From the NCBI GenBank assembly GCA_013265495.1, contig MU058669.1, positions 1-64,000 on the forward strand: a DNA stretch of 64,000 bases, given 5' to 3'. The notes under the pieces are model-generated. The model was given only the letters and a program-made list of their open reading frames with translations, was not told the origin of the DNA and did not search any database. The first letter of the stretch is position 1, and every line of letters starts with the position of its first letter. The position numbers and the translations under genes are program-made. Origin of the DNA: Vicugna vicugna. Taxonomy: Eukaryota. Below are positions 1 to 13,391 of this stretch, one piece after another.

Positions 1-879
1 GCAGTATTGTTCAACCTTTTGACAATAGCAGCCCTCCATGGGATAGGAAGTTTCCTGACAGTTTCACCATTTACTATGTTGCAATTATTTCCTCTGGGCT
101 GGGAAGATAACTACTGGACTAGAAAACATTGTCTTTTTCGTAAGGCTGTTTCAAGCTGTTTGCCATTTAATGCCCACAACCAGCCAATAACCAATGATTT
201 ATCTGTTAGCATTCATTAGCCTGCCAAAGCATGCTCTTACCTTTCCCCTGTGCGTATTTATCCGTGTAAATAGCTAGAAGTCCCTTTAGATAAAGTCAGG
301 GACAAGAATCTCTGTAAAAACTTGAAGAATAAGGGAAGAATTATACAGCAAGTGTACTTCGCCTCAGTTATAGTCTAATTTCTTTTTATCGAGGAACTGA
401 TTCTGGTCAAAAAAAAAAAAATCAGTGAGATAGTCTATTTTTCCCTCAGTTGGCTCAAACTAGGATCCTGTTTACCCAACCCAAACTATTGCTGGTTTTA
501 CAGATTCTATAAGGACTGCTTAGGTGGCCAGAGATTTAAGTCCTACTATGCCAGGATGAGCTAACCATCTCTTGATGCAAACACAGGCTTGGATGTGGAG
601 CAAGCACATAAACCTGTCTCCGTGGTCCTCTTGCAGGCCTTGCACCTGGCTGTTCTCCCATTCCTAGTGGACTCTGAGGATCTCCTTCACTTACAGCTCC
701 TCTTACCCATCCCCAGAACAAAAGGAAAGCCGATGAAGTATCTTTTAAAGATTCTAAGTTTAAATACCAGCTCTGAATCTTTCTAGACATGGCAAGTTAC
801 TTAACAAACATAGGCTTCAATTTCCTTTTCTGAGTGAGGGATGTCATAGTGACAAACCTGTCTCATTGTTACGGGTGTC

Positions 880-2400
880 AGATAGTCTGTTACCACAGCC
901 ACTGCTCTGTTTGGTCCATGGGACCAGGTACAAAGTGACCAAGATGTCAGTGCAAGGGGTCAGATATGTGCTTCACTATATGGTCTTCCCCTCACCCTTC
1001 ATCTACAACTTCACCTACAGGCTTCATGCTGCAGCAGCTGCATGTCCCATATGGTAACACTGGAGGTCATTTCGCTCCCCCTGAATGGTGTCATTCCCCT
1101 AGGAACACAGCCTGGTAGAGAGTAGTAAGCTTTGCACTCCACCTTATGTAGCAGAGTTGTCTTTACAAGTATAGTTGCAAAATCCACACGCATATTTGTC
1201 ATCATTTGCTAAGGTGATTTCTGCCGGCTCGATTATCTGTAGCTCTGCACAGTGTTTATCCAAAACAATCATATCTTCTTAACATTGTGTCTCATCAGTG
1301 GACACATTTTATAGCCAAGGAAACCTAGCAGCAGGCTCAAATGCTTGGGATACACGAGTCTTCCCTAGAAGGGGTTGGCTTGATAAAGCAGTACGATGTT
1401 CTGCTGAAGGTCAGTTATGGCACCTGTTTGGAGAGAGCACGCTGAAAAGCTTGGGTCCCACCTCTGCCTGATGTGGAACATGCTTTAAAACAATGGCGGA
1501 TGTGTGGTGTGACCCTCCCTTAGAGTGTACAGACTCAAGAAGGAATTGTAGGTGACTCATTCTTGACAATTTCTTGGAAGTATTTTTGGTCCAACACCAT
1601 TTCACTGGGCTCAGCGGGCATGGAGGACCTGGTGTCCTTGGAGAGGTGGCTTCACCTAGGAAAGCAGTCAGGTTTCTGTTCAATTGAAAGCTGAGACTGC
1701 CTCCTGATTATTTAGCTCTTAATGACCAAACAAGAAAGAAAGATCACTGAACTAGATGGAGTAATTGACCCCAGTTATAATGGGGCATAAGGCAGCTCCC
1801 AGACAACACTCATACGTGGGACTCAGCAGCTCCACTGGGGCATCTCTGAAAACTCCAAGTCCGGGGACTGACAGCAGCAGCAAAATAAAGACAAGGCCAT
1901 AAGTACTCAGAGCCTGCAGAAATGGAGGCATGGGGTCACATCGTCACTGAGGTGCTGGCTGAGCATAAAGGGGACGTGGAATGCGAGCTGGGAAATGGCA
2001 GCCTAAGTTGTGCCTTTGTCCTTATCACCAGCTACAGAAACGGAGCAGAGCAGTTCGTTTATGCTGTTTACTTGGGTGTTTGCTGTGGTTTTCTGCACGT
2101 GCTAGCTTCTGTTTCAGATTTCAGGTGGAACTATCACCAGGCGATTCATTCTTCCCATAGAAGTGGCTGGTGAAACTTTTTGTGTGCCCCCTGCCCTTGT
2201 GTTGGGGACTTGTACGTTGTACCCAGGCAAAGGAAAAGGGTGGATGCTGGGGGTCAAAATGTCCAACTGTTCTGGATCTCTTCTGCTTGCAGGCTTCACC
2301 TTCTATGGACAAAGCGAAGACTTCCCTCTGCCTCCTGGACTCCAATTGGGTTTGGTCAGTAGGAAGTCACAGTATATGGAAAGATGAGAGGAGCTTAAAC
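880..2400 (+). mobile_element. Decayed ERVL/MaLR internal sequence
   Basis: Resembles ERVL-type pol/integrase and dUTPase remnants; no intact ORF. Confidence 0.45.
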
Positions 2401-2479
2401 TAAGAGTTCTCTTCTTGTAAGATCACTTCAGGTTGAAAATGTCCTTTTTTTGAAAAACTAATTGATTCTTTCAAGGCAG

Positions 2480-3082
2480 CTGTGTTAGCCCTTCATCGCT
2501 GTGAAACAAATTATCATACATGTAGTGACTGAAAACTAAACACATATTTATCGTCTCTCAGTTTCACTGGGTCATCAGACTGGGTGTAGCATAGCTGGGT
2601 CCTTTACAGTGGTACTCACAAGACTACAAACTAGATGTTAGCTGGGTTATCTCTTCATCTGAAGGCTCGACTGGGGGATATTCTGCTTCCAAGCTGTTGG
2701 CAGAATTCTTTTCCTTTGGGTTGTAGAACTTCTGACAGCTTTCTTCGTTGAGGCCAGCAGGAGTTCAACTCTTTGACCTCAGAGGAAGTTTAGTCTCTCA
2801 TTTTAGGACCATCGTGTGATTAAGTCAGAGGCACTCAGGATAACCTTTTTTACGAACTCAAAATCAATCATCTTAAAACCTTAATTACAGCTGAAAAATC
2901 TTCACCTTTACTATACAACATCATTTAACCAAAAGAGTGACATCGTATTTGACTACTACATTTACCGTATTTGAAGGAAATCATAGTTACCACTTGCACC
3001 CAAGGGGAGGGCAGCACATGAAGGAGGTGTGGGCATGGAGGAGAAAGAGAACTAGTGACCCCTACGGCATCTGTCTACCACA
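2480..3082 (-). mobile_element. MLT1-type (MaLR) LTR
   Basis: Typical MLT1 motifs (aaacaaattatcata..tagtgactgaaaac, atctgaaggctcgactgggg, ctgtctaccaca). Confidence 0.65.
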
Positions 3083-4053
3083 GCAGCCACATTGGCAAGA
3101 CCCTCTTTGATGTTCAGGTAATCATGTTCCATCTTTCAATCTTATTTTGAATGAGCCACCCTGCCTGATGGATGTCAACTTTTCACAGATGGAAAAAGGG
3201 AAGTGTAGAAATAATTAGTCATCTTTAAGGTTATAAAGTACAATAAATTAACTGGCTCATAAATGAATCTCTGCTCTGACTTTTCCAGTACCGGTGCATT
3301 TCCTAAACACTCTGATGCCTCCAAGAAGAAATGAAGGATGTTTCCGCCCATGCTTGCCCCCTTGATTAAGTAGATACAAAAAAAAAAGTCCTTACTAATT
3401 TAATTGGTATCATCATTTGTTGTTTTTGATGGACAGTTCTAAATTATTACAGTATCCAAGTCTATTATTTAGAATATGTTTTAAATCAATCACTTGTTAA
3501 TAGGGGCTGATCTCCCCATTGCTCATGTGTATCCTAACAAATTTTTTAATTAGAATAGAGGATAATTCTGACTCTATGAGTGGGAACACACGATTGCTCC
3601 TGCTTCTTGCTTGTCACAATCATCAATATTTGGTCTGTGATAATGGGGTGTAACTGACTGAAAACAAGGGTTTTATGGATGAAGTGCTTGACAGTATAGA
3701 TGGCGTGATGGATGCGTTTTCCTACTAGCTCTCAATTTTGCCTTGGAATTAAAGCTGGATAGCTTAACTGCTGAGAGAGTAGAGAGGAAAGGTTATGTAT
3801 TTTGTTGTTTTGTTCTGTTGTGGTGAATGTTACAGTGGATGGCAGCAAAGAACAAACACTCACCGTGGGGCTGGAGTGGATTCTAACAGGTGAAGTTGCT
3901 GTTTGCCATCAGTGATGAGTCCCACATCAACTTCTTGTGACTTTTGATAAAATAATGTAAATAAAGCACTTAGCAAAGTACCGGGACAAGTAAACCTATC
4001 CTGGATAGTGACTTCTGTTACTTGCAACCAAGTGCTCTTTTGCTCCTTCTGTA

Positions 4054-4282
4054 TGTAAATACAGAAGGACACATCTGCAGGAAGTGTCCTTCATCTAGAA
4101 GAAGAACTGTAAGTACAGAGCAGGAAGTGTCCTTCATTTAGGAGAAGACTGATTTCCCCACGTGTGCTCTGTTCCTCTATGTCGCCTGATTGTAAGTACA
4201 GAAGGACACATCTGCAGGAAGTGTCCTTCATCTAGAAGAAGACTGATTTCCCCACGTGTGCTCTGTTCCTCTATGTCGCCTG
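4054..4282. repeat. Mosaic local tandem duplication (A-A'-B-A-B)
   Basis: Three copies of tgtaa.tacaga...ggaagtgtccttcat.tag.agaaga and two exact copies of ctgatttccccacgtgtgctctgttcctctatgtcgcctg. Confidence 0.9.
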
Positions 4283-4440
4283 TCCCCTTAGGGAATTGCC
4301 TCCCTTCCTCCTTCATCCTGAGTCCTTTCTTGTCTCCTACACCCATTGCACCAGCAATTTAACATACTCTAGTGTCAGTTACACAGCGTCATCTCATTGT
4401 GTGACAAATTAATTCATCCACTCAAAAATATTTCATGAAG

Positions 4441-4575
4441 TGGGGAGGGTATAGCTCAGTGGTTGAGCGCATGCCTAGCATGCACTGGGTACTGGGCTCA
4501 GTCCTCAGTACCTCCATTAAGAAAATAAATAAATAAATAAACCTAATTACCTCCCCCCCAAGAAAAATGAAAAAT
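4441..4575 (+). mobile_element. vic-1-type camelid tRNA-Ala-derived SINE
   Basis: tRNA-like head, aaat repeats, cctaattacctcccccc, A tail; 17-bp TSD aaaaatatttcatgaag at 4424-4440 and 4576-4592. Confidence 0.9.
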
Positions 4576-5058
4576 AAAAATATTTCATGAAGATTTAATG
4601 CCTTCCTGGAGATGACATGTCCACAAGATTCTACATTCGTGGAGTTTGCACTTTGGAGAAATTTAGTTTTCTCTCTGATTAGCAAGAACTTTGTTTTTAT
4701 AAGGGATGAAAACTTTTAGCAGTTTTTCTCTTGTGATTTTACTTTAAAATGTATTTATTTTTTATTATTTGACTTAAAATGTGAACCGGTCAAATGTATC
4801 AATACTTTACTTTCATCTACACATGCTACTGACTTCACAGCTCTCCTCTCTTTTAATTATGCTATCAGAGGACGTCAGCCTAACAGTTTTTCAGGGAAAG
4901 ATATCTATTGGAACAAAGCTCATCCCTTCTTCTTCTCTAACTCGGAACTGCTTTATAGCTCTCTTCCTTTCTCAGACAAGCACCTCAAAAAGGGGAAGCA
5001 GTTTTATCTTGCCTTCTATTAACACTTCAGCACATAGAAAGCTGGCTGCTGCTTCTAA

Positions 5059-5516
5059 TGTAACAGAAAAGAATGAATCTGATTCCATGTTAGATATGTT
5101 CCTTTGGCTTTAATCCTGTGCCCTGTTTTCTAGGCTTAGCCTTGCTAACTCTGCACTCACGTAAAGATAACAAGTTGCAGAACAGAGAATAACAGGAGCA
5201 CCATGACGCATGTGGACAGCTGCAGGAACAAAGAATTCCTACACCGAGAAGTTTGCAACAACCAACCACACCCCCTCCCCTGTTTTTGCTTTTTGTTTTG
5301 TTTTGTTTTGTTTTGTTTTGTTTTGTTTTGTTTTGTTTTGTTTTTCATAAAAGGAGCCTGTATTCTGACTGGAGGAGGGTGGTCCTCCAAGACATCAGTC
5401 TGCCATCCTCTCGGTCTGCTGGCTTTCCGAATAAAGTCGCTATTCCTTGCCCCAACACGTCTCCCAATTTATTGGCCTGTCGTGCAGCGAGCAGAATGAG
5501 TTTGGACTCGGTAACA
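5059..5516 (+). mobile_element. Solo ERV1-class LTR containing a (GTTTT)n microsatellite
   Basis: TG...CA ends, 4-bp TSD CTAA, AATAAA near the 3' end; microsatellite at ~5282-5345. Confidence 0.8.
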
Positions 5517-7735
5517 CTAACACTTTCCTCAAATTGCTTTCACAGAGGTCTCCAGTGTCCCTGGGATTGTCATATCACCTTGGAAGTTTGCAGCTTCTTT
5601 TACTGACTCTCTGATGTGGGTGCACCTCCCTTTTGGAAATTTTCCTCAGTTACACGTGGCTGGTTCTGTACCTCCTTCTCAATCGCCACCCTTTTCCCTC
5701 CGTTTTCTTCCTTTTTTTTTTTCTTTTTGTTACTTGTAAAGTCTTTCGTTTCAGTTGGCCACATCAATATTTATCATTCCTATCATTATTTTATTGGCTT
5801 TATTCCCTGGGATGATTCTATCTTCCTGATGTTTTTAACCACAATTATTGTTAAAATTCCCAAATAAATATTTTTTATAAGCTCTATATCGACTTTCAGG
5901 CTCTTCTGTAACAAAGAGGGTCTCCAAAGGAAACTCTTAACTCAATGAGCTCAAATTAAAATTCAGAGTATGCAATCTGCACATAGACACGTGGCCCAGT
6001 TGTATCACCTGTGCATCCTCAATCCAGTAGTTTTTGCATCTGTAATCACTTTATTTATATTGTATGTGTGTGTTCGAGTTGCTCCCATCACAGGAAACTT
6101 AGCTCTTCCTAATTGCTGCTGTATCTCTGGTTCCTGAAAAAGTAGCTGGCACATAGTAGATGTTCACCATATTTAAGTGATGATGATGGATGAATGGATT
6201 CAGGTGGATGATGCAGTTGTGGTTTCCCTTGGCAACATCTACCACGGAAATGAAAACTGTTTATTCATCCAATAGGTGAGACTCAACTGAGTATGACTCT
6301 CCACTTGGCTACAAATATGTTGCCTTATTTTCATAGCTCTTCAGAGTTCCTTTCTATCTGCTAGACTGGAGGCTGCCCAGTTCATGAATCCTTGAATAAA
6401 GCCAATAAGATTCTTTTTTAATTTATTCAGTTGAATTTTGATTTTAACAGAGGCTGAAACATTATTATGGTTTTAAAAAAAATAAAAACCACCACTTTCT
6501 TCAGTGGGGAAATACTATACTTTTTGCTTTACAGGCTGGAGTCTGTAGGATTTAGTAGGACTCCAACTTGTAGGAGAGAGAAAAGTTTTTCTGGGTCCTT
6601 TTAGCATCCCTGGCTAAGTCTGAAAATTAAAATGACAAAAATAAATTAATTTATTTATTTAATATGTTTTATGTGACACAGGGACCTTCACAAGGAAATG
6701 AAGACCCAAAGAATGAGTTAGACATGAATATGTTTGTGCTAGGTTTGATGAAGAGTGAAAAGTCATGGAGGAATATAACATGTTAATGAGTATGAGGTAA
6801 GTGTAGTGAACTCTAGGAGACTTAGCGAGACCTGTTGGCTAGAACTCCTTCTGGTTTCCCTTAGTCTTTAGCGATAAGGATGCTCCATTATGGGAGGGTA
6901 CCTCTCACATGGGGGTTTTATGGCATGATGGCATGTTTCAGGGGAGAGAGGCGGGGCAGAGGTCAGAATAATCTCGCAGCTCAGGCAATTCTCTCAGATT
7001 TCTTCAGTTTAAAATATTCAATATGGCAACATGCCATACTTTGGAGTAACATTTTCTGAATCTCTTCAGTCTGCTCAGAACTGCTTACAAGTCACATAGC
7101 AAAGTCGCTAAATGACTGCATTCTCACTTTCCCAGGAAATGGATATTAAAACCTCTGAGTCCTTTCTCACTTGTAATATAAATCTGATTCACCCAGTTCA
7201 CTATCCATTCTTGGGGATTTAATGAGTAAATACAGGTAAAACCCCGAGAGTGGCAACCATATACCAAAGACTCCGAAAGTCCTAACTGTTATTGGTAATA
7301 TAGAAAAACATTGTGTTTCTGTAGAAAACGATGCATTATTTATGACACACAAGTCTGGCTATCTGATTCTAGTCCCCTTTCATTGGGTTTGAGAAAGTTT
7401 TCACTTTTTGTAAGTTGTAGGCAACTGATAGATATGCAAATTATGCCACGTCTAGCAGGCTTTTAACTGACTTCATTCCTCCAGTGGAAAAAAAACAGTT
7501 TTGCTGTATTCGCACTTCAGCTCAAAATTTCTTTACTCTGTAAATTGATACTGATGACTTTTCCACTGAACTGTGCAGAGCATCTGCCTGAATGCCTATG
7601 AGTAAAACAAATTCTTTAACATGAGCTTACTTTTATATTGTATGAGTCATGGTTTTACGGAAAATTATCTTTTAAAAGTATACATGAAAATAGTGGCATT
7701 AATAGAAGAGGGAGCCATGGTTGTAATTTTTTAAA

Positions 7736-7995
7736 AAACTGGGAGTTCAAGATTTGCAGATACTGACTGGTATGTGTGAAACAGATAAACAAGTTTATAC
7801 TGTACAGCACAGGGAACTATATTCAGTACCTTGTAGTAGCTCATGATGAAAAAGAATAAGAAAATGAATATATTTATATTCGTGTATAACTGAAAAATGG
7901 TGCTGTACACCAGAAATTGATACATTGTAAATCGACTATACCTCAATGAAAGAAAGAAAGAAAGATAGAAAGGCAAGTTTGAGCAAAAAAAAATT
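7736..7995 (+). mobile_element. Young L1 3' end
   Basis: aaactgggagttcaagatttgcagatac...cacagggaactatattc...caccagaaattga, A-rich tail; same family as the other copies in the window. Confidence 0.85.
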
Positions 7996-8092
7996 TTTTT
8001 AATTAAAAATTAAAATTAAAAAAAGCTGATTAGACAGGAGTCATAATAGAGATTTAAAAAAGGAAAAGAAAAAGATTAAGATTAAATTTAAA

Positions 8093-8232
8093 GTACCTAT
8101 AATGAAAAAGAATATGAAAAGGAATATACGTATGTACATGTATGACTGAAATATTATGCTGCACACCAGAAATTGACACAACATTGTAAACTGAGTATGA
8201 CTCAATTAAAAAAAAATTAAAAAAGAAAAAGA
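8093..8232 (+). mobile_element. Young L1 3' end, short
   Basis: aatgaaaaagaatatgaaaagg...caccagaaattgacacaacattgtaaactg plus A tail. Confidence 0.8.
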
Positions 8233-8648
8233 GTATTAGTCAACAAGCGATGGTTGGAACAGAAAATCATTTACCCAAAGTAGAAGACAGTCCTATCCTA
8301 TTCTGTCCCTCTTCACATTTTGACACAATATTAATATTAATATTTCAGTCTGGTTTAGAAAGAATGACTCTGAAATAAAATACACTGGACAATTAAGAAA
8401 CAGATTTTTTTCCAGTCTATTACAATAGAGAGAATATCCCTTAATGAGCATCAAATGACATCAGTAAAACAGATTAGTAATGAGTGTGATGTCTTCTATT
8501 CCAGGGAAGACAATTCAATGGGTTGGAAGGGCACAGGGTCTCCCAAGCAGTGGAGCATCCGTCCGGGGGTTGTTTAGGCACGAGTGAGTTTTACAGAACA
8601 TTAAAAGTGGCAGCGTCGAAACAGTGCGTGATCGTTTGAGGCTGCCCA

Positions 8649-9235
8649 TGTTAAATAACAAAAATTCAGCAAATAAATGTTAAAGATATAATCGGCTTTA
8701 TAAAATAATTCGTGAGTCAGGCAGCACCTCATCTAGCAAGCAGAGAAGAGCTATGAGATGCTGTGCAAAATGGAAGGCTTATATAGGCAGGAGGAAACAA
8801 GTAGATGAGTCCAGGCTTCGGTAAACAGCCCGTGGGGGATGGAAGAGGTCACATGGCAGATTACTTCCTGGTGCTGATCAGAATATTCCAGACTGATTGA
8901 TTAAAACTACATCCCTGGAGAACAGTGAGACTGCAAATAGGTTTAGCATTAAGTCTTGCTTTGCCGATCAGAGGCTTAGCACAAGTGACTGCATTTTGTG
9001 CCTGCCATTTCTTTTCTTTTTTTTTTTTAACACATATCTGACCTTATTTAGAAAGATCAAGGAACAAGAAATTAAGTACAGAGCCCAGAGTTACCTTGGT
9101 GTTTGCGGATTGGCTGATGGGAGATATTGCATTTCTGGTCAAGCAGAACATTTACAGAACACAAAAGTTCAGTTTGCTGATGTGACGCCCTGGGAAGAAG
9201 CAACTCCACTTTGAGCCTAGAAATTTATTTTAACA
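8649..9235. mobile_element. ERV1-class LTR within a cluster of LTR fragments (~6.2-9.9 kb)
   Basis: TGTTAAA...TTTAACA inverted termini; LTR-like content. Confidence 0.55.
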
Positions 9236-10309
9236 TGGGGAACATCTCCCTGCAGAGAAAGGGGAGATTTACTTAGTAGCTAAACAAAGCAGTCATGAGC
9301 CTTAGGAAGAAGGGAGGGGGCTTCATCTGAATCATGCGAGAATGAGTCATTCTTCACAGTTAGTCCTTTACTGGGACAAAAAAAAAAAAATAGGGTAGTG
9401 GGGTTTCTTACCAGTAGCTGTTTTCTGGAAGCACAGGGTACAGGTAAAATCAGCTTTCCTCTGGCTTAGACCCGGTGAGTTGAGCATCTTGACACAATTC
9501 CACAGCAACAATCGTTATTACTAACCCCATGTCATAAGGTAATCGGAGGTGTTAAAGACCCCAGGTCCAGATGGAGTTGCTCATTGTAAGCCCTACATCA
9601 TCAAACTTAGACCTCTTTACAGTTGCCAGCTTTCCCGGGGATGGAACCTTAAGCCAGCCCATTAGGATTGTCAGATCAGCATTATTTAGGTAACCTACCT
9701 TAGAAGTCCCCTACGAGGAAAGTAACCTTGCAAAAACAAATCTGTTTTTGCCTAGCATGACTTTCCTGTGTCCTCTCCCTTCTGTCTATACAAGTGTTTC
9801 ATTTTCTACAGCTCTTTAGTTACTTTCTTTCCTCTAGAGGCATGCGGCTCAATTTATGGATCACCGAAGAAAGCCAGTGAGACCTTTAAAATTTACTCAG
9901 TTGAATTCTGTTCCTTCACTGAGGAAGCACAATCAGAATCACTCACCACAGTACACAAGGGCAATTCTCATTCCTTAGAGTTACGCAGACACTCTTTGTT
10001 ATCTTTGGGGCATTTTTTTTTCCCCAGAGGAAGAAACACTGGCAACTGTCCAGTTGCTGTTCCTCAAGTTTATTTTTCCCAAGAGACTGCTTCTCAAGTC
10101 CACTCAGGATGTCCAGCAAGTTCTTTCCAAGAAGAGAATACGTTTGGAGAAGCCCTGAACATAGTCCTGGTTATCGATTAAACTTCTCGCCTTAGTCAGC
10201 TGTGTCCCAAGGCAGCATCGTGGAGTTTTATAACTCTGGGGAGAAACTCTTACTGCCTCACGGGTAGCTATTCTCTTATTCACCATCAGCCCATTCGTAT
10301 CACGATTTC

Positions 10310-10462
10310 TTTTATTTATTATTTTTTCATTTTTATTTTTTTTTGGTGGGGGGAGGTGGTTAGGTTTATTTATTTATTCTTTGAGGAAAGTCCTAGGACT
10401 TGAACCCAGGACCTCATGCATGCTAAGCACGTACTCTATCACTTGAGCTATAACCTCCCCCC
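10310..10462 (-). mobile_element. vic-1-type SINE
   Basis: Reverse complement of the tRNA-like head and tail. Confidence 0.85.
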
Positions 10463-10977
10463 ATTCTGCTTTTCTTTTAAAAGGCAGTTTGGAATAGTCA
10501 CACCAGGGTCCTCTTGAAGCACAAGAATCTCCCTTCCAGTGGCCCCTGGTTTGTCTGTACTTAAGTGACCCCACGGAGGCTGGTGCCCTTTGAGGTGAGA
10601 GAGTGGGGAGGGTAGAAAGAGAGGGTGAGAACACAGGCTTTTTGTGGAGGAGGAGAGGCTGTGACGCTGAGGGGCCTGAGGATAAATGTGCTGGCATCCT
10701 TCATCCAGCCTCTTCTCTTTATCCCCTCCTCATTTTATTTCCCCTTGGTCTAGGAATTCTGTCTCAACCTTTTTTTTTCCCCCAGAATGTGTCTGCCCTG
10801 CAAATGCCTGCAAAGAGAGCGGTGGGTAATTCATTTCCTCTGCCCTTCAAGTGTGGTCTGAGGGCCTGCAGCCAGCGAGCGAGGGCAAGCCTTGTGAGAT
10901 CTGCAGGAGTCCAGACCCTCGCGGCCCTCCTTCGAGGAGTAATTCGTTGCACATTAAGTGGAAGAAAGCTTTAATGA

Positions 10978-11460
10978 TGTGCAGGATATATTACTTCAAA
11001 TTTCGCATTTTGGCATATTGTATATTTTGAGCTGAAGAAATTTGTGAAAAGGCAGGTGCAAGACGGACTTTCTGACCTTCCTCTGAAGCAGGTCATAAGC
11101 CCCTCATAGAAGGGAACCCTTTCTATTCCCTTTTCCTGGGGAAAAGAAACGTCCTTATTTTGAAGGAGGACATTGAGATGAATCTGAACACACAGGCTTT
11201 GCTAAGTTTCCCCCGGTTTATTACCAATAAATTATACCCATTTTGCCTATCAAATTCCTTCACCACCATCCACTCTTCATCAAATCCAGCATAAAAACAA
11301 TTTTTGGAGGGTCTTCATTTCCTCACGAAGGGTCCTGTGTAGTGTAAAATTTATATTAAGTACATTTGTATACTTTTATTCCATTAAATTATCCATGTCA
11401 GTTTAATTTTCAGACCCAGCCAAGGACCCAACAAGGGTCTAGCAAAACTTTTTTCCTCCC
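10978..11460 (+). mobile_element. MER34-like ERV1 LTR
   Basis: ttggcatattgtatattttgagctgaag...aagcaggtcataag...cagacccagccaaggaccc..ttttcctcccc resembles MER34-family LTRs. Confidence 0.6.
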
Positions 11461-12066
11461 CTCCATCCCAGACTGTATTATGGAAGGAAGGGAAACAAAT
11501 CATGCTTTTCGACAGTACTCATTAAATGCTTATGGATTTTTGCTCTTTACAAATTCATGTAGCAACAGAGACAGCAGGAATAGAGTTAGAACTTGCAGTA
11601 AATGTTTGGCTCAGTTCTTCTTGGGCAAATGATTTAACTTCAAAGCCTCGAATGTCACATGCATAAAATATGGGTAATAAAAATCATGTGACCTCCACAG
11701 ATGCAGGGAAGATTAAATGAATTCAGAGCACCTGACTCATTAGGGAATTAATAAGCATCAGGTCCTTTTCACTAACAAAATAGAAACATACCTGAGAAAT
11801 AATGATGCTTTAAGATTTAAATGACTCATATATCATTGTTACAGGCTAACTTCTTGGTTTATCCAGAATCGTACACCAGGCTTTGGGGAAAATGCCAAAG
11901 TCTGGGGACAAAGCAAAGTCTGGGGACAAAGAATAGACAAAACCATATGATATGATAAAAGGATCTGTATGGGAATTGGGGGAATAAAAACACCCAATGT
12001 CCTATGTTTGATGGCTGTTAAATAAGAGAAGTAACCAATTTGTGATTATTCTAAAATAGCCATAAT

Positions 12067-12072
12067 TTTATT
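12067..12072 (-). terminator. Candidate polyadenylation signal for the OR gene
   Basis: TTTATT on + (AATAAA on -), about 360 nt downstream of the stop codon. Confidence 0.45.
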
Positions 12073-12429
12073 AATGCATCACAAACAAAAAAACAACAAA
12101 AGCAAAATTCTCTTTAAGAAAAGTAATTTCCTACTTGGCACTCTGGCATAAGTTGCAGAAACTCATCTTTATAACTATTTACCTCACTTTGTTCTTCAGA
12201 CCAGCTTTATAAGATCATCCAGAGAGGTTTGGGATGGTTTTTTTTTTTTTTTTTTTGCAGTGCACTTATGAAAATATATAATGTTGGAATTAAAACAGTC
12301 ACACAGAAGTCCAGGGGAAAAAAGCATGTAAGTTAAGAAGCACAGATCTGAGCCAACGATCCCCAGCGCCATCCGTGGCCCCTGGTGGAGTTCGTGACCA
12401 GGCTAGGGACGCCTGTATCACCCGCCCGT

Positions 12430-13380
12430 TCACTTTTGCTCCTTGCCTCCCTCTCTGTCACGCAGCAGCAGCCTCCTCAGGGCCCCCTTCACCTCTTTGT
12501 TTCTGAGGGTGTAGATCAGGGGGTTCAGAAGCGGGGTGACAATGTTGTAGAAGAGGGTGAGGAACTTCCCTTGGTCCTGGGAAGAGCTGTTTCCGGGTTG
12601 CATGTTCATGTAAATGATGTTTCCATAGAAAAGCGAGGCCACTGTGAGATGGGAGCCACAGGTGTTGAAGGCCTTGTGCCGCCCTGATGCTGACTGAATC
12701 TGTAACACAGCCCTCACGATGCAGCCGTAGGAGACCAGGATACACACAAGGGGTGACAGCACGATGCCCACCGCCAGGACAAAGACGGTGCCCTCTATGG
12801 CAGCTGTGTTCACACAGGCCATGCGGATGAGGGCGGGCATCTCACACAGGAAGTGGTCCACGCTGCGGTGCCCACAGCGGGGTAAGCGCAGGGTGACTGG
12901 GGACATGACCAACGAGTTGGCCACGCCACAGCCCCAGGCCACCAACACCAAGCCCAGGCAAAGCCGTGGATTCATAACCACCATGTAGTGCAGGGGCTTG
13001 CAGATGGCAACAAAACGGTCGTATGCCATGCCTGCCAGGAGTAGGCATTCCACACCGCCCAGACCCAGGAACAGGAAGAGCTGGATGGCACAGCCTGTGT
13101 AGCTGATGGTCTTGTCGCATCCACTCAGGTTATAGAGCAGCTGGGGGATGGAGCTGGTGGTGAAACTAAGGTCCAGGAAGGAGAGGTGGGCGACGAAGAA
13201 GTACATGGGAGTGTGGAGGTGGGGGTCCAGCCGAGACACCAGGATGATGGTGCTGTTGCCCACGAGGGTCAGGAGATACGCAATCAAGATAACCACAAAG
13301 AGGATTCTCTCCAGATGGGGGCGATTGGAAAACCCCAAAAGGATGAAATTTCCCTGGGTGCTCTCGTTGGTTCCATCCAT
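12430..13380 (-). CDS. OR2W3: Olfactory receptor family 2 subfamily W member 3-like, 316 aa, intact single-exon CDS
   Basis: ATG at 13380 to TGA at 12430. OR motifs are present: N-glycosylation site NES, GN in TM1, LHTPMYFF, MAYDRFVAICKPLHY, HFLCE, KAFNTCGSHL, PLLNPLIYTLRNKEVK. The sequence closely follows human OR2W3 as I recall it (MDGTN..FILLGFS.RPHLERILFVVILIAYLLTLVGN ... SSSQDQG.FL.LFYNIVTPLLNP). Confidence 0.95.
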   Translation of the reverse strand: MDGTNESTQGNFILLGFSNRPHLERILFVVILIAYLLTLVGNSTIILVSRLDPHLHTPMYFFVAHLSFLDLSFTTSSIPQLLYNLSGCDKTISYTGCAIQLFLFLGLGGVECLLLAGMAYDRFVAICKPLHYMVVMNPRLCLGLVLVAWGCGVANSLVMSPVTLRLPRCGHRSVDHFLCEMPALIRMACVNTAAIEGTVFVLAVGIVLSPLVCILVSYGCIVRAVLQIQSASGRHKAFNTCGSHLTVASLFYGNIIYMNMQPGNSSSQDQGKFLTLFYNIVTPLLNPLIYTLRNKEVKGALRRLLLRDREGGKEQK

Positions 13381-13391
13381 CTGTACTATAC

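Noticed and set aside
4054..4282. CRISPR-like array of palindromic repeats
   Set aside because: Mammalian DNA, the spacers are themselves duplicated, and no cas genes are present.
11896..11931. 18-bp tandem duplication (similar ones at ~24656 and ~51845)
   Set aside because: Ordinary slippage duplications with no sign of function.
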